Of a stretch of 64,000 nt of DNA, positions 12,184-23,257 are shown piece by piece. The stretch is from Candidatus Bathyarchaeota archaeon (GTDB lineage: Archaea; Thermoproteota; Bathyarchaeia; Bathyarchaeales; DTEX01). The first letter of the stretch is position 1. Every line of letters begins with the position of its first letter. The translations under genes and the position numbers were made by a program. The stretch spans positions 64,001-128,000 of the forward strand of contig CAVQNT010000005.1 of NCBI GenBank assembly GCA_963714275.1. The letters run 5' to 3'. The notes beneath the pieces are model-generated. The model had not been told where the DNA came from. It did not search any database and saw only the letters and a program-made list of their open reading frames with translations.

Positions 12184-12277
12184 TGGTGCGGCCGCCGAGA
12201 TTTGAACCCGGGTTGTCGGCTGTCCTCTCTTCAGCAAATGGGAGGCCGGCGTCCTAACCAAACTAGACTACGGCCGC
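12184..12277 (-). tRNA. tRNA-Gly(CCC) with ~17-nt intron at 37/38 (12222-12238) and encoded CCA
   Basis: GCGGCCG acceptor stem, CT-CCC-A|intron|A loop, GGTTCAAATC T-arm, ends ACCA; BHB is relaxed. Confidence 0.88.
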
Positions 12278-12509
12278 TGTCGTTGTTAATTTTGTGGGTT
12301 GATTTAAATCTCTTGTGTGCGTGTAGCATATGAGACACGATTATGTTTATACTTTTTCTTCATATTTTTTCAAACAAGGTTAATGTTTACAGGCACGCAA
12401 TGGATTAATTGTTCATTACACATAAATACACCCGCAATTCAGAGAATAATAAATAGATTCATTGTGGTTCTAATTCAAGTTAAAAGAGAGAAGTGAAAGG
12501 AACTTTTAT

Positions 12510-14334
12510 ATGTGTGGAATATTCGGTTGCGCGTTAAAGAACGGAAAGGCTGCTCCCCTAATTCATGCTGCCCTAAAAAGGCTCGAATACAGAGGATACG
12601 ACTCTGTCGGCGAAGCTACCATTCAAAATGGTGTTCTCTACATAAAGAAAGACCAAGGAAAAATTGACGATGTTCACAAAGCCATTGACTTAGACAACCT
12701 GCCAGGCAACATAGGAATCGGGCATACAAGATGGGCTACGCACGGAGCTCCCTACCAAGTTAATGCACATCCGCACACTGACTGCGAAAACAAGATCGCT
12801 GTTGTTCACAACGGCATAATTGAGAATTTCTCTGCATTAAGAAAGGAACTGGAAGGTTTAGGACACGAATTCAAGTCTAAGACTGACACCGAGGTTATCC
12901 CGCACCTTATTGAAGAAAACATGAAGAAGGGGATGTCACTCGTTGAAGCAGTCCGCGACTCATTGAAAAGGCTTAACGGTTCTTATGCCATTGCAGTCTT
13001 ATCAAACATTGAACCTGATAAGATTGTTGTCGCTAGAAACGAGAGCCCGCTTGTCATTGGCGTCGGTGAAGAAGCAACCTATTGTGCATCAGATATTACA
13101 GCTTTCCTTCCCCTGACAAACAGAACGGTGATACTCGAAAACGGCGAATTAGGCATACTAGAAGCTGACAAGTACGAGATTTGGAATATTGACGACTGGA
13201 AGCCAGTAAAAAGAGAACCGGAACAGGTTACTTGGACCGTGGAAATGGCTCAGAAGCAAGGTTATCCTCACTTTATGATTAAGGAGATTTATGAACAGCC
13301 AAGATGCTTGAGGGACACTCTTAGGCTGCAGGACTTGTACCTCGACCTTATGGCTACGTTTCTGGACCGAGCTGGAGAAGTGTTTCTCGGTAGCTGCAGG
13401 AACCTCTTATCATGCTTGCCTAGCGGCCTCGTACATGTTTTCAGATCTTGCTTTCTTGGCGACTCATCCAGTTATTGCGTCTGAGTTCATTGAACAGGAA
13501 GGGATGGCGATTAACATCAACAGCACAATCCTCGCTGTGAGCCAATCAGGCGAAACTGCTGATACGCTGGCTGCTGTGGATTATGCTCGAAACCGAGCTG
13601 CCACAATATTGGGATTGACGAACGCCGTTGGTTCAACTTTAACCAGAATCTCAAGAGTATACATAGTTCAGCAATCAGGTCCCGAGATCGGCGTCGCAGC
13701 GACAAAGACATTTACGTCTCAGATGTCAGTGCTTGCGCAACTCGCCTTAAGAGTCTCGAAGATTCGGGGCAAAATCGGGCACCGACAGATAGAGGAGCTT
13801 GAAAAAAGCGTCAGCCAGATTCCTGACATAGTTGAGGCAACGATCAAGAAAAACGAACCGAAGGTTCTAGAAGTTGTCAAGAAACTTAAGAAAAAGCCAG
13901 TCTTCTTCTTTCTAGGCAGGGGGATAAGCTCAGCGACAGCGCAAGAAGCCAGACTTAAGATCATGGAGATCGCCTACGTTCCCTCAATAGCCTATCCTGC
14001 GGGAGAAAGCAAGCATGGTCCCATAAGCCTTGTGGAACCTGGGTTTCCCGTGGTGTTCGTGTGTCCTAGGGATGAGACACGCAAGACGATAGTTGGGAAC
14101 ATAATGGAAATGAAGGCGCGGGGAGCCTCAATAATCTCCGTCATCGAAGAAGGAGATGAGGAAATCAAAAGCCTGTCAGACGAGTATTTCGAGATACCCG
14201 GAAGCCTGCCTGAAATACTGACGCCGATTGCCTTCATTGTACCCTTACAGCAGCTTGCCTATTACATGGCTGTGGAAAAAGGGTTAAACCCCGACATGCC
14301 GCGGAACCTCGCAAAATCCGTCACAGTAAAATGA
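12510..14334 (+). CDS. glmS: Glutamine-fructose-6-phosphate transaminase (frameshift near 13389)
   Basis: MCGIFG, RGYDS, GHTRWATHG, SQSGETADT, PRNLAKSVT. Confidence 0.96.
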
Positions 14335-14505
14335 AAGGAAAAACGGTTAACCACCATCATGGGTTCCGTCAAAGAGGATTCTTTCTACCAATTTTTAGTG
14401 AAGGAAACAAAATGCCTAATCTTTCCATATGTGCCAGTGGAAACAATATTTATGCCTTCGTTTCTCATATTGTTTGTAGAAAAAAATGCCATGCAAGGGA
14501 TGTGA

Positions 14506-15213
14506 TTGAACAATCAGTGGGAAAACCTTATACAAGACCTCATAAGAAGTGGCATACTTAAAACTCCACAGGTCATCAAAGCGATGAAGTTGGTGCCAAG
14601 GTGCCTTTTTCTGTCCGAAAACGACAAGGCGTGCGCGGCTATTGATACTCCGCTTCCAATCAGCTCGGGGCAAACGGTTTCTGCGCCACTTGGCTGACCT
14701 TAAAGATCAGCTGGGCGAGACATGGTTTCGATAATGAACGAAGCCTTGGAGCTTGAGACTGGACATACTGTTCTGGAGGTCGGAACAGGTTGTGGATGGC
14801 ACGCTTCAACCGTCGCGGAGATCGTGGCGCCAAGCGACATGCCTAAAGAAAAATGGGGTCACGTTTACACAGTTGAAATTGTTTCAAAACTGGCTGAGTC
14901 CGCAAAAAACAATATTACCAAGACTGGTTACGGCGAACGGGTCACAGTTGTCTGCCAAGACGGTTCTGAAGGTTACCACGATAAGGCTCCGTTCGACAGG
15001 ATTTATGTGACTGCTGCTGCGCCTTATGTTCCTCCTCCGCTCAAGGATCAGCTAAAACAAGACGGCGTCATGGTTATTCCAGTGGGTGCGCCGGGATTCT
15101 TTCAGACTCTTCTTCGACTAAGGAAGGTTGAAGGTCAATTCTCAGAGGAAGATCTTGGAGGTGTAGCGTTTGTTCCCCTGGTTGGAAAGCACGGTCATAA
15201 ACTTTTGTGGTGA
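14506..15213 (+). CDS. pcm: Protein-L-isoaspartate O-methyltransferase interrupted by a 30-nt BHB intron (exons 14506-14689 and 14720-15213, ~225 aa spliced)
   Basis: VPR-LF, GQTVSAP(H)MV, VLEVGTGCGW, APFDRIYVTAA, FVPL; removing 14690-14719 restores the CAC His codon. Confidence 0.93.
14690..14719 (+). other. Archaeal BHB-type mRNA intron in pcm
   Basis: CGCC-AC^T...GGCG-AG^A: 4-bp helix CGCC/GGCG, two 3-nt bulges, intron hairpin TGGCTGA/TCAGCTG, in-frame TGA. Confidence 0.88.
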
Positions 15214-15338
15214 CCAATCCTGTGACATATTGTTTTGTATTATGCGTCTTTCAGTTCCAAAATTTGTTGATGGACAAACTATCGAAAAAAAATATATCTC
15301 TGAAGCGTGTTTAACCATTCTATATCTGAGGGAACCTT

Positions 15339-16116
15339 GTGGGTCCTGATTTACTGGTTTGGCTGATGCTTGCCTTAGGAACGGTCGCTATTGGTCTAGT
15401 TATACTCATAATTATGGAACAGGAAAAGGGAAAAACAATGACCAAAGAGAAGGTAAAGCTACGCAAAATTCAGGCAGTAAGTACGTTACCTCAATCAGTT
15501 AAAAAGACTGTCACAAACGACATTATGAACGAAGCAAAGGACAAGCTTAGGCTACTTGACCTTGATAGAGAAATTCTTAGCTACGCTGTCCGACGGCTTT
15601 ATGAGGCTAGTGCTGAGGGAAAAATTTCCGAAGCCGAGAGAGACCAGTTGGCGCTGAAGTACAAGATGGATCTTGCTAGAATTAATGAAGATATTGAAAG
15701 AGGCGAATCCATAGTAGCCTTAAACGAACTTGAAAAAATGCAGGAAGATCTTGTGAAGCTGTTCTCGGAACGGTTTGACGATATGAATAAGAAAATTGAT
15801 GATCTGAAATTAAGATCTGGCTTAATCACTTCAGCCCCAAAGGAAACCATAATTCTTGAAACCTTGAAGAGACAGCCACAGATAGAACAGCCGCCTGAGA
15901 AAGAGGAACTACAAGAAGAAACCATTTTTGAAGAAAAAGTCGAAGACCTCAAGCAACCAACTGACAAGACGGTTGAACCAAAGACGAAGAAAGCAAGTAA
16001 ACCGAAGCCTCCCACTGAGCCTGAAACAGGCGAAGCTTGAGAAGAAGGTTGAGGAGATCGTGGCTGAGGTTGAGAAGGTTCTGAAAAAGCTTGGGCAAAT
16101 GGAAGTTGAAGAGTAA
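15339..16116 (+). CDS. Hypothetical N-terminally membrane-anchored coiled-coil protein (frameshift near 16035)
   Basis: N-terminal TM helix, long heptad-rich region, P/K/E-rich linker, C-terminal helix in second frame. Confidence 0.7.
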
Positions 16117-16117
16117 A

Positions 16118-16816
16118 ATGGTTTGGAGAGAAGCTGCTAAAAGAAGGGCTGCTGTTGAGGCGGTTAAACTTGTCAAGGACGGTTCTATTTTGGGTCTTGG
16201 CGCAGGCTCAACCATAACTTATGCTGTTAGGGAAATCGGAAGAAGAATAGAAGAAGAACATATCAGGATTTTGGCTGTTCCATCCTCCAATCAAACTCAC
16301 CAATTAGCCACGGAATGCGGCGTCCCATTGACTACTCTTGATGAGCATCCGAACCTTGACTTGGACATTGACGGAGCCGACCAGATTGACGCAGACTTAA
16401 ACTTAATAAAAGGCATGGGTGGCGCCCTGACAAAAGAGAAAATCGTGGCGTCTTCGTCAAAAGCCTTAGTCATAATTGCTGACGAAACGAAGCTTACCGA
16501 CGTTTTGGGAAGAAATCATCCTTTGCCTGTTGAGGTTTTGCCATTCGCTTTGCCGCTTGTTACGTCTAAGATAAAGGTGCTTGGTGGACTGCCGATCCTC
16601 AAAATGAGCAAGGAAGGGTTTGGTCCTTTTGTTACGGATAATGGTAACTTCATTTTGAATGTGGATTTTGGCGTCATTAATAATCTGATTCAGTTGGATC
16701 GACAGTTAAAGTACATTAACGGCGTCATAGAGACAGGATTATTTCTAGGGATGACGGATATAGCGTATGTTGGTACCGAAACCGAAGTCAAAGTGCTCCG
16801 AAAAGGCAGTCGTTGA
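16118..16816 (+). CDS. rpiA: Ribose-5-phosphate isomerase A
   Basis: GLGAGST, DIDGADQ, IKGMGGALTKEK, VTDNGN, GVIETGLF. Confidence 0.95.
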   Translation: MVWREAAKRRAAVEAVKLVKDGSILGLGAGSTITYAVREIGRRIEEEHIRILAVPSSNQTHQLATECGVPLTTLDEHPNLDLDIDGADQIDADLNLIKGMGGALTKEKIVASSSKALVIIADETKLTDVLGRNHPLPVEVLPFALPLVTSKIKVLGGLPILKMSKEGFGPFVTDNGNFILNVDFGVINNLIQLDRQLKYINGVIETGLFLGMTDIAYVGTETEVKVLRKGSR

Positions 16817-16850
16817 TTATCGAGATAAATTATGATAACTATTTATTGGT

Positions 16851-17165
16851 CTAGAGTTCGCTGTTGAGCCATTGAAGGTATTTTTTGCTGCCTGCAATGA
16901 TGGGTATTGAGACAATTTCAGGCGTCTCGTAAGTGTGCATTTGAAGAATCGTCTCCTCGACTTCGCCGTAGAGTTCCCCTTTTGTTTTGATCTGGCACAA
17001 CCATTCTTCGGCTTTCTCTATCTTGCCCTTCCAGCGGTAAATACTTGTTATAGGACCAATTATCTGGACGCATCCTGCCATCCGTTTGTTAACTAAAGTT
17101 TCAGCAATCTTTTCAGCAGTCTCCTTAGTCTCGGTTGTCGTGAGAACTTGGATGTATTCATTCAA
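16851..17165 (-). CDS. cutA: Divalent-cation tolerance protein CutA
   Basis: AGCVQ, SIYRWKG, HTYETPEI, YLQWL. Confidence 0.93.
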   Translation of the reverse strand: MNEYIQVLTTTETKETAEKIAETLVNKRMAGCVQIIGPITSIYRWKGKIEKAEEWLCQIKTKGELYGEVEETILQMHTYETPEIVSIPIIAGSKKYLQWLNSEL

Positions 17166-17320
17166 AGACGCATCGCCTTCTGTTCAGTGAACAAATAAAG
17201 TAATTTACACACATAAATCCACACGTAAGACAATAAATGCTTCGACAAAACCTTCAACGCGACCTGTTAAGAATAGATTTAAATGAAGCTGCATCAAAAA
17301 AGGATAACTGTCAAATTCAA

Positions 17321-17431
17321 GCCGGGGTAGCCTAGCTTGGTTTGGGCGCCAGACTCATAATCTGGAGAACGCTTAGGGTCAGAAACAACCTTTGCGCCCA
17401 GAAGTCGCGGGTTCGAATCCCGCCTCCGGCA
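17321..17431 (+). tRNA. tRNA-Met(CAT), probably elongator, with 36-nt intron in the variable loop (45/46; 17368-17403)
   Basis: CCAGA-CTCATAA-TCTGG anticodon arm; splice motif CTGG-AG^A...CCAG-AA^G; splicing gives variable loop AGGTC and an intact T-arm. Confidence 0.9.
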
Positions 17432-17461
17432 TTTTTGGATACGCCCCAGTAATTTTTCATC

Positions 17462-17650
17462 TTATTTTCTCCTCTTGAAGAGCTTGGCATGGTTGATTTC
17501 GCAGACATATTTGAATACGGTTTCTATGAGGGTTTTAGTTTCGTCAACGGTTTCAACGACTTTGCATATGTATTCTTCGGCTTCGTGTTGAAACAATGCT
17601 TCCTCAAGTTGGATTTAGACTAAGAAGTTTTGATGCTTCTGTGTTCTTGG
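17462..17650 (-). pseudogene. C-terminal remnant of a tyrosine integrase next to tRNA-Met
   Basis: Manual translation IQLEEALFQHEAEEYICKVVETVDETKTLIETVFKYVCEINHAKLFKRRK resembles the C-terminal tail of archaeal tRNA-targeting integrases; stop codons upstream. Confidence 0.65.
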
Positions 17651-18020
17651 AATCTCATGAGTCAGCTTAGCTTACGTTAGTTAAAACTTTACTATTAAGA
17701 GGTACAATTAATGTTCAGTTTAGCGAATGTTCGAAACTCTAATATCTTTTGTTTCTATTCTTCTATGTGGTTTGAGGATTGAAAAAGGCCGAGTTTAGAT
17801 GTCCAGTGTGCGGTTCAATATTACATAGGCAGGGACAGGCAGGTGAGCTAGCTTAACTACACGTAGAAACACGCTATATAGCAAATCTTTTCTACTTGCA
17901 GAAAATTCCAGCAATATAAGGAGATTAATCATTTTTTTGTATAAACTGTTGCTTTTCAGGCTTGCAAGGCATGGTTTTTTCGGGTTTTAGAAGGGCATTT
18001 TTCTACATGTAGAAACGTTT

Positions 18021-18233
18021 CTACGAGGGTTTAGAACTCTTCTTTGGCTTCAAGATAATCATAAATCCTTGATCTGAGGGCAGCAGAACTTGGACAGACA
18101 CCTCAAGATCCCTGTCAAAAAAGGGCTTCACGAGGTCATGAAACTTTCTGGAAACTGGCACAGCGACCTGTTCATACTCGTAAAACCCTTTCCCGTGATA
18201 GTGTTGCTTCAAAACGCGGCGGAGAAGCCTCAA
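18021..18233 (-). CDS. Small basic hypothetical protein
   Basis: 70-aa ORF co-oriented with the wHTH gene in the island. Confidence 0.5.
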   Translation of the reverse strand: MRLLRRVLKQHYHGKGFYEYEQVAVPVSRKFHDLVKPFFDRDLEVSVQVLLPSDQGFMIILKPKKSSKPS

Positions 18234-18274
18234 AACAACCTTCCTCCCTTTTCAGTTCTAACAGGTGGTTGACT

Positions 18275-18559
18275 TCACGATTTGGTGTGTTTTAGTTCCG
18301 AAAACAATTCATATATGTATCTGGCAACTTCATTTTTAGGGTCAACCTGAAAAGTAACCGGAGACGACTCGTGCTTCTTTACCCATCCGAGGTCTATGAG
18401 TCTTTCCAGTTGCTGTGTGACTGCGGGTGTTCTGAGACCTGTTGCCTTAACTAAACCGTACTTTGTGTATGCTTCTTCCGGCTTCAAGACTAAATGCAGC
18501 AACACTCTAAACTGAGGCTCCACATCCCAACCCAACCTCAAGTTCATCCCAGACAACAC
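18275..18559 (-). CDS. Winged-helix DNA-binding protein
   Basis: TKYGLVKATGLRTPAVTQQLERLIDLGWV wHTH pattern. Confidence 0.75.
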   Translation of the reverse strand: MLSGMNLRLGWDVEPQFRVLLHLVLKPEEAYTKYGLVKATGLRTPAVTQQLERLIDLGWVKKHESSPVTFQVDPKNEVARYIYELFSELKHTKS

Positions 18560-18835
18560 TTAGTCGCCTGTTATTGGTAGTTAACATAATGGACTAGAGC
18601 TAACCACCAAACTAATTTAAGCAGTCTGTGAAAAGAGAGGGAGAGGGGTTCTCCATCAAGCTCACTAGTTAAATGACAACTATCCATTTCTGTGGCAATA
18701 ATCTGAGAATGTGATAAGCGGAAGCGCAGCCTACATATTCTGCGTGTTAGCAGCAGAAAAACTCTTGAAAACTAAGTATTTTTTAATATGATCTTTTTCA
18801 ATAATATTTAGAGGTGAAGGGTAACGACGCCTAGA

Positions 18836-19648
18836 ATGAAGGTTTTAGTAAGTGGGGCTAGCGGTAATATCAGTCAAGTTTTCAGAGAGCATTACAGGAA
18901 CTATTACTCTTTGAAATTGATCTACCATCAAGGGGTCATAAAAGCTTCACCAAATGAAAAGGTGGTACAAGCAGACATAACCAACTTCGATTCCGTGTTA
19001 AAAGCAATGGAAGGCACAGAGGCTGTCGTCCATCTGGCTGCTGACGCAAGAGATGACGCACCTTGGGATTCTATTCTAAATCTCAATCTTATAGGTACCT
19101 ATAATGTCTTTGAAGCAGACTCACAGATGTGGCATAAAGAAGATCGTCTATGCCAGCTCGAATCATGCTTGCGGTTTCGCTGTAAAAGAATCTGAGTTGG
19201 TTGGACCAGACGCTCCCATAAGACCCACTAATCTCTACGGTGTCAGCAAGGTTTTCGGAGAGGCGCTTGGACGCTACTATTCTGATAATTTTGGTTTATC
19301 AGTAATCTGCTTAAGGATTGGTGTATTCTTGCCAAAAGATTGGAATCTAAGAGACTTATTCAAGAAGTTCCTTTCAGGTGAGTTGACCGCTGAGTATCCC
19401 CCCAGAAACTTATCGCAATGTGGATTAGTGACTATGATGTGTCGCAGTTGATACATAAAAGCCTTGAAAGTGATGTGAAATTCGGCATCTTTTACGGAAC
19501 CTCCGATAATAGTTCAAGAATATTTGATATAACACCTGCTAAAGAAAAGCTGGATATAAGCCACAAGATAAAGCAGAGAATTATTTATGATAATTCCTTT
19601 AGCAAAGCTAGCTATCTGCCAGTCTGTGTTCTAATGTTACAACTTTAA
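18836..19648 (+). CDS. NAD-dependent epimerase/dehydratase, uronate dehydrogenase-like (frameshifted)
   Basis: VSGASGNI, VVHLAA, YASSNHA, YGVSK, LRIG across three ORFs. Confidence 0.85.
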
Positions 19649-19709
19649 AGTTTGTTTCGATGTTCAGCTGTTCTGAAATGTAGACATATTATGTGTATAG
19701 AATAATTAG

Positions 19710-20785
19710 TTGAGGTGGGAATTAGCCTTGGATAGGGGACAGTTATATCGGAGTCTCTCTTTTGCTTTGCTTTTCGCGTTGTTCTTGCCGTCTATTTCTG
19801 CTGGTCTTGCAGACAGGGGGTTGGTGCATGTGGAGCCCGGTGTCTCGATTTATGAGCCTGGGCAGAAAGCCATCATAGCTTGGAATGGGCAAGAGGAGAT
19901 ACTGATACTTTCCACCGATGTAAGTGCAACGGGCGAGACATTGGTTCTTGAGATTATGCCTCTTCCCTCAAACCCTAAGAAGATAGAAAAGGCTAGCTTT
20001 GAATCCTTTGTCACAATCCAGACCATACTTGACGCACATGCTCGAGTAGTTTTAGGGAGATAACTATGGATCTGAAAGCACAAAGAGTATAGAGGTTACT
20101 TTCCACGAGAAGAATAGGAGCCCACGATGTTACAGTCGTCAAAGCAGGCGACGCCTCAGAGCTTACGTCTTGGGCTGAAGAGTTCCTAGAATCCAACAAT
20201 GTTACTCGGGGGATTTCGCTAAAAAACTTTGAAGCCGTGATCGAAGATTATATGGCTCTGGGTTTCCGGTTCTTTGCCCTCGATATAATCCAGATGTCAG
20301 CTGACCAGAAGAGCGTTGAACCTATTCTGTACCAGTTTGAAACCAACTTCCTCTACTATCCGCTAAGGATTTCGTCCCCAATCTCCGGAGACACCAAGAT
20401 AACTCTCTTCCTGTTGACTAATGGCAAAATTCAAAGTGATTTCCTTTTCTCTCAGTATACGCCGATTGTAAAAGCGTATTTCCGAAGCTCCAGCCTGTGG
20501 GAGCCCATCGACTCAATTTGACAAAAGGTCAGCTGAAGCATCATCGACCTCAGGATAGGTGAATTGTTCCCGAAGGGCGCGTGGTTAACCGTTATGGAGT
20601 ATGAAGGTCCACTGAGTTGGCTAACAAGAGATTTTGTGATTTCGGAAGCTTCAATAATAGCTGAAAAAGAGCCAGAGAACCCTAGCCAAGATGATTCGAT
20701 CAGACTCACAATTAGCCTACTTCCTTCTAGTTGGCATTGCTACGGGCGCAGTACTCACACTAGCCTTCGCAACACTCACATTTGA
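19710..20785 (+). CDS. DUF2330-like secreted/membrane protein (frameshifted)
   Basis: Signal peptide, QKAIIAWNGQEEILIL, MPLPSNP, YYPLRIS. Confidence 0.6.
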
Positions 20786-20946
20786 AGTAATGCGCAAGAA
20801 ACAAAGTACCTAGAATTTTGACGTGTCTCGCAAGAAAGACAGTTAGACGCAAAGGTATATGAGACATGCTGGCTGAGGGAACCTACAAAGCCGCAGTTGA
20901 ACTCCACGGACAATGAAGCTGTGCGGATTGAGCGATATATGTTTTT

Positions 20947-21138
20947 TTATGTCGTCAGTAATTCCGAAAGTGCTTGTTGAAAGAAATAGTCCTCTTTATT
21001 ATAAGTGTTCACGTGCCCTTTTGGGCATTTATGCGTATTATACTTCATGATTTCCTTTTTGAATTTCTCTGTGTCCATGCTCATTTTTGATGAGAACGTT
21101 ACGCCACAGCTCTTGCATTTAAGATAAAGAGAAGGCAT
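20947..21138 (-). CDS. Small Zn-binding protein
   Basis: CKSC...CPKGH. Confidence 0.6.
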   Translation of the reverse strand: MPSLYLKCKSCGVTFSSKMSMDTEKFKKEIMKYNTHKCPKGHVNTYNKEDYFFQQALSELLTT

Positions 21139-21370
21139 TTTTCCCCTTCCTGAGATTACTTCTGTTGTCAACAGTTATATATTTTTTGGCAGTATAAAAC
21201 TTTGGGAGAAAAAAGGAAGGATCAATAGGAGACTCTTAGCTGAGCTATTACGGAAATGTTTTCGATTCTTACTCGAATGAAGGCTTGAATATTTATTTCT
21301 CACGAATTTTTGTGTCGGGTTGAGGTACGCACATTGTCTTTTATTAATTTTCAATATTTGTATCTCATAG

Positions 21371-21640
21371 GTGTTTAAAGTGAGCTCAAAACGTTCCCGG
21401 ATTGAAATTTACCTCGACATCTTACAGACCATAAAGAAAGGCGTCGACAAGCCTACACGAATCATGTATCGGACTAACCTTTCCTGGAAACCTCTTACGC
21501 ATGTTCTCGACACCATGATGGAGCAAAAGCTGATTACTTCTGAAGAGTTGGGATGCCACATAACCTACAAGATCACAGACAAAGGCATAAATGTACTCAA
21601 CTACTTCCACGAAGCCATGCAACTCATCGAAATTAAATAG
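21371..21640 (+). CDS. Winged-helix transcription regulator (HTH_45/ArnR1-like)
   Basis: KRSRIEIYLDIL, PTRIMYRTNLSW, YKITDKG. Confidence 0.88.
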   Translation: MFKVSSKRSRIEIYLDILQTIKKGVDKPTRIMYRTNLSWKPLTHVLDTMMEQKLITSEELGCHITYKITDKGINVLNYFHEAMQLIEIK

Positions 21641-21835
21641 AAGCTGTTAGTCAAAACTAAACGAGATAGCTAATTCTTTTGAAATTATCGCGTTTATTAT
21701 TTAATCAGTGCAAACTATCCTTGTAAAAGACGCAATTTGGCTTAGATTATTTGTGTTGATGATGTAGCTAGCTACATAGCGACTTAGCAGACTTTTTAAG
21801 AGAAATGGGGGAGTGTGTTGTGTTGGTAGGCTTGC

Positions 21836-22081
21836 CTATTTCCTAGTTCTAGGACACGCCACAAAATGTAGCCTAGAATCAAGTATGCCATTCACCGTGT
21901 CAATTTGGTTGAAGTAAATCCTTTCAAGTTCCGGTATACTTTCTGCCTCAATTCTGACGATAGCATCAAAGATGCCAATGACAAGTCGCGCTTCTTTTAC
22001 TCCATCTATGCCTTTAACCTTCTCTATGAAGTTCTTTTTACTTCCAGACTGTAGATGGAAAAGAATATATGCGGTCTCCAT
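21836..22081 (-). CDS. Stand-alone Lrp/AsnC ligand-binding domain protein
   Basis: GVKEARLVIGIFDAIVRIE RAM-domain pattern. Confidence 0.8.
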   Translation of the reverse strand: METAYILFHLQSGSKKNFIEKVKGIDGVKEARLVIGIFDAIVRIEAESIPELERIYFNQIDTVNGILDSRLHFVACPRTRK

Positions 22082-22083
22082 TT

Positions 22084-22380
22084 CTAATCCTCTTCCTCAA
22101 AGACTCTATCATCAACGCAAAGTAACGTAGCAGTTGATTCTATGCCTTCAATCATCGAAAAGTCTTCAATAATTAAGTTTTCGCAATCATGGATTTTCGG
22201 AAGGTTCAGCTTTATGATAGCATCGTAATCCCCAAACAACAGTTGTGCATTTTCTACACCTTCCAAAGAGAGTAACTTGTCCACCACAGAACGATTGTAT
22301 CCTTGCATTTCTGTTTGAGTACGGATCTTTACTAGAACATAGGCTTCCGTTGTTAGCAAGCCTCCTATCAAACTCTTCAC
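22084..22380 (-). CDS. Stand-alone Lrp/AsnC ligand-binding domain protein
   Basis: AYVLVK, GVENAQLLFGDYDAIIKL, IEGIESTATL. Confidence 0.82.
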   Translation of the reverse strand: MKSLIGGLLTTEAYVLVKIRTQTEMQGYNRSVVDKLLSLEGVENAQLLFGDYDAIIKLNLPKIHDCENLIIEDFSMIEGIESTATLLCVDDRVFEEED

Positions 22381-22497
22381 TTTTAGTGTTTATACAGTTT
22401 TTGGTTTTCTACCATAGCGTCTGTTCCGTGTTGCTAGCTAAGCCCATTTATGCACAACTCCACCCCGCGATACGCATCACTTTCACTTGATTTAAAT

Positions 22498-23257
22498 TCA
22501 GCTTAGTATGACATCGACAAGCAGAGCGAATATTATTCCCAGTAAAAGACCGACAGAGACAGTGTGCTTATGCCCGTACTCGTGCGCCACTGGGATCAAT
22601 TCGTCTGCTGTGATGTAGGTCATTACTCCTGCTGCGAAGGCGAGTGAAGAGCCTATTACGCTCTTTGTTCCAACAAGAGATAAAGCGACAGCCCCAATTA
22701 AGGCGCCCACCGGTTCAGCTAGCCCCGATAGAAATGTAATAACTGCGATCTTCAATGGCTTCATTTCTGTTGATGTAAAGGGAATAGCGGTGGCAATGCC
22801 CTCAGGTATATTGTGCAACATTATGGCTATGGCGATTATTATCCCAAGTCGAGGCATGTACATGTAACCCGCAGCAACAACTAATCCTTCAGGAAGGTTA
22901 TGAAGTGTTATTCCAATAGCGATGAGCACTCCTGTTCTGTACATTCTTGAGTTATTGCCCTTTTCCCTTTTCTCCCCCCTCGTCAGTTCAATGTGAGGGA
23001 GGGTTAGGTCGAGAGCCATTATGACGAGAGCGCCCAATGAGAATATTATGATCAACTCTAGGTGAGTAAGCAATCCTTCGGCCTCTAGAAAAAGGGTCAT
23101 TGAATGAAACCAGAAGCATCACGCCCGAGGCAAACCCCATAGAGAAGCCTACAAACCTGTCGCTAACCTTTTTTAGTAGAATGACAATTATCCCGCCAAT
23201 TCCCGTTGCCATTCCTGCGATAAAGCTTAGGAGAAATGATTCTAGAACCATATCCAT
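22498..23257 (-). CDS. ZIP-family (ZupT/GufA) metal transporter (frameshift near 23095)
   Basis: LHNLPEG, LHNIPEG, GLAEPVGA, ELIP. Confidence 0.92.

Noticed and set aside
20820-20935. Possible riboswitch (GACGCAAAG resembles c-di-GMP-I)
   Set aside because: The required P1/P2 helices and GAAA tetraloop are not evident, and it lies between convergent genes
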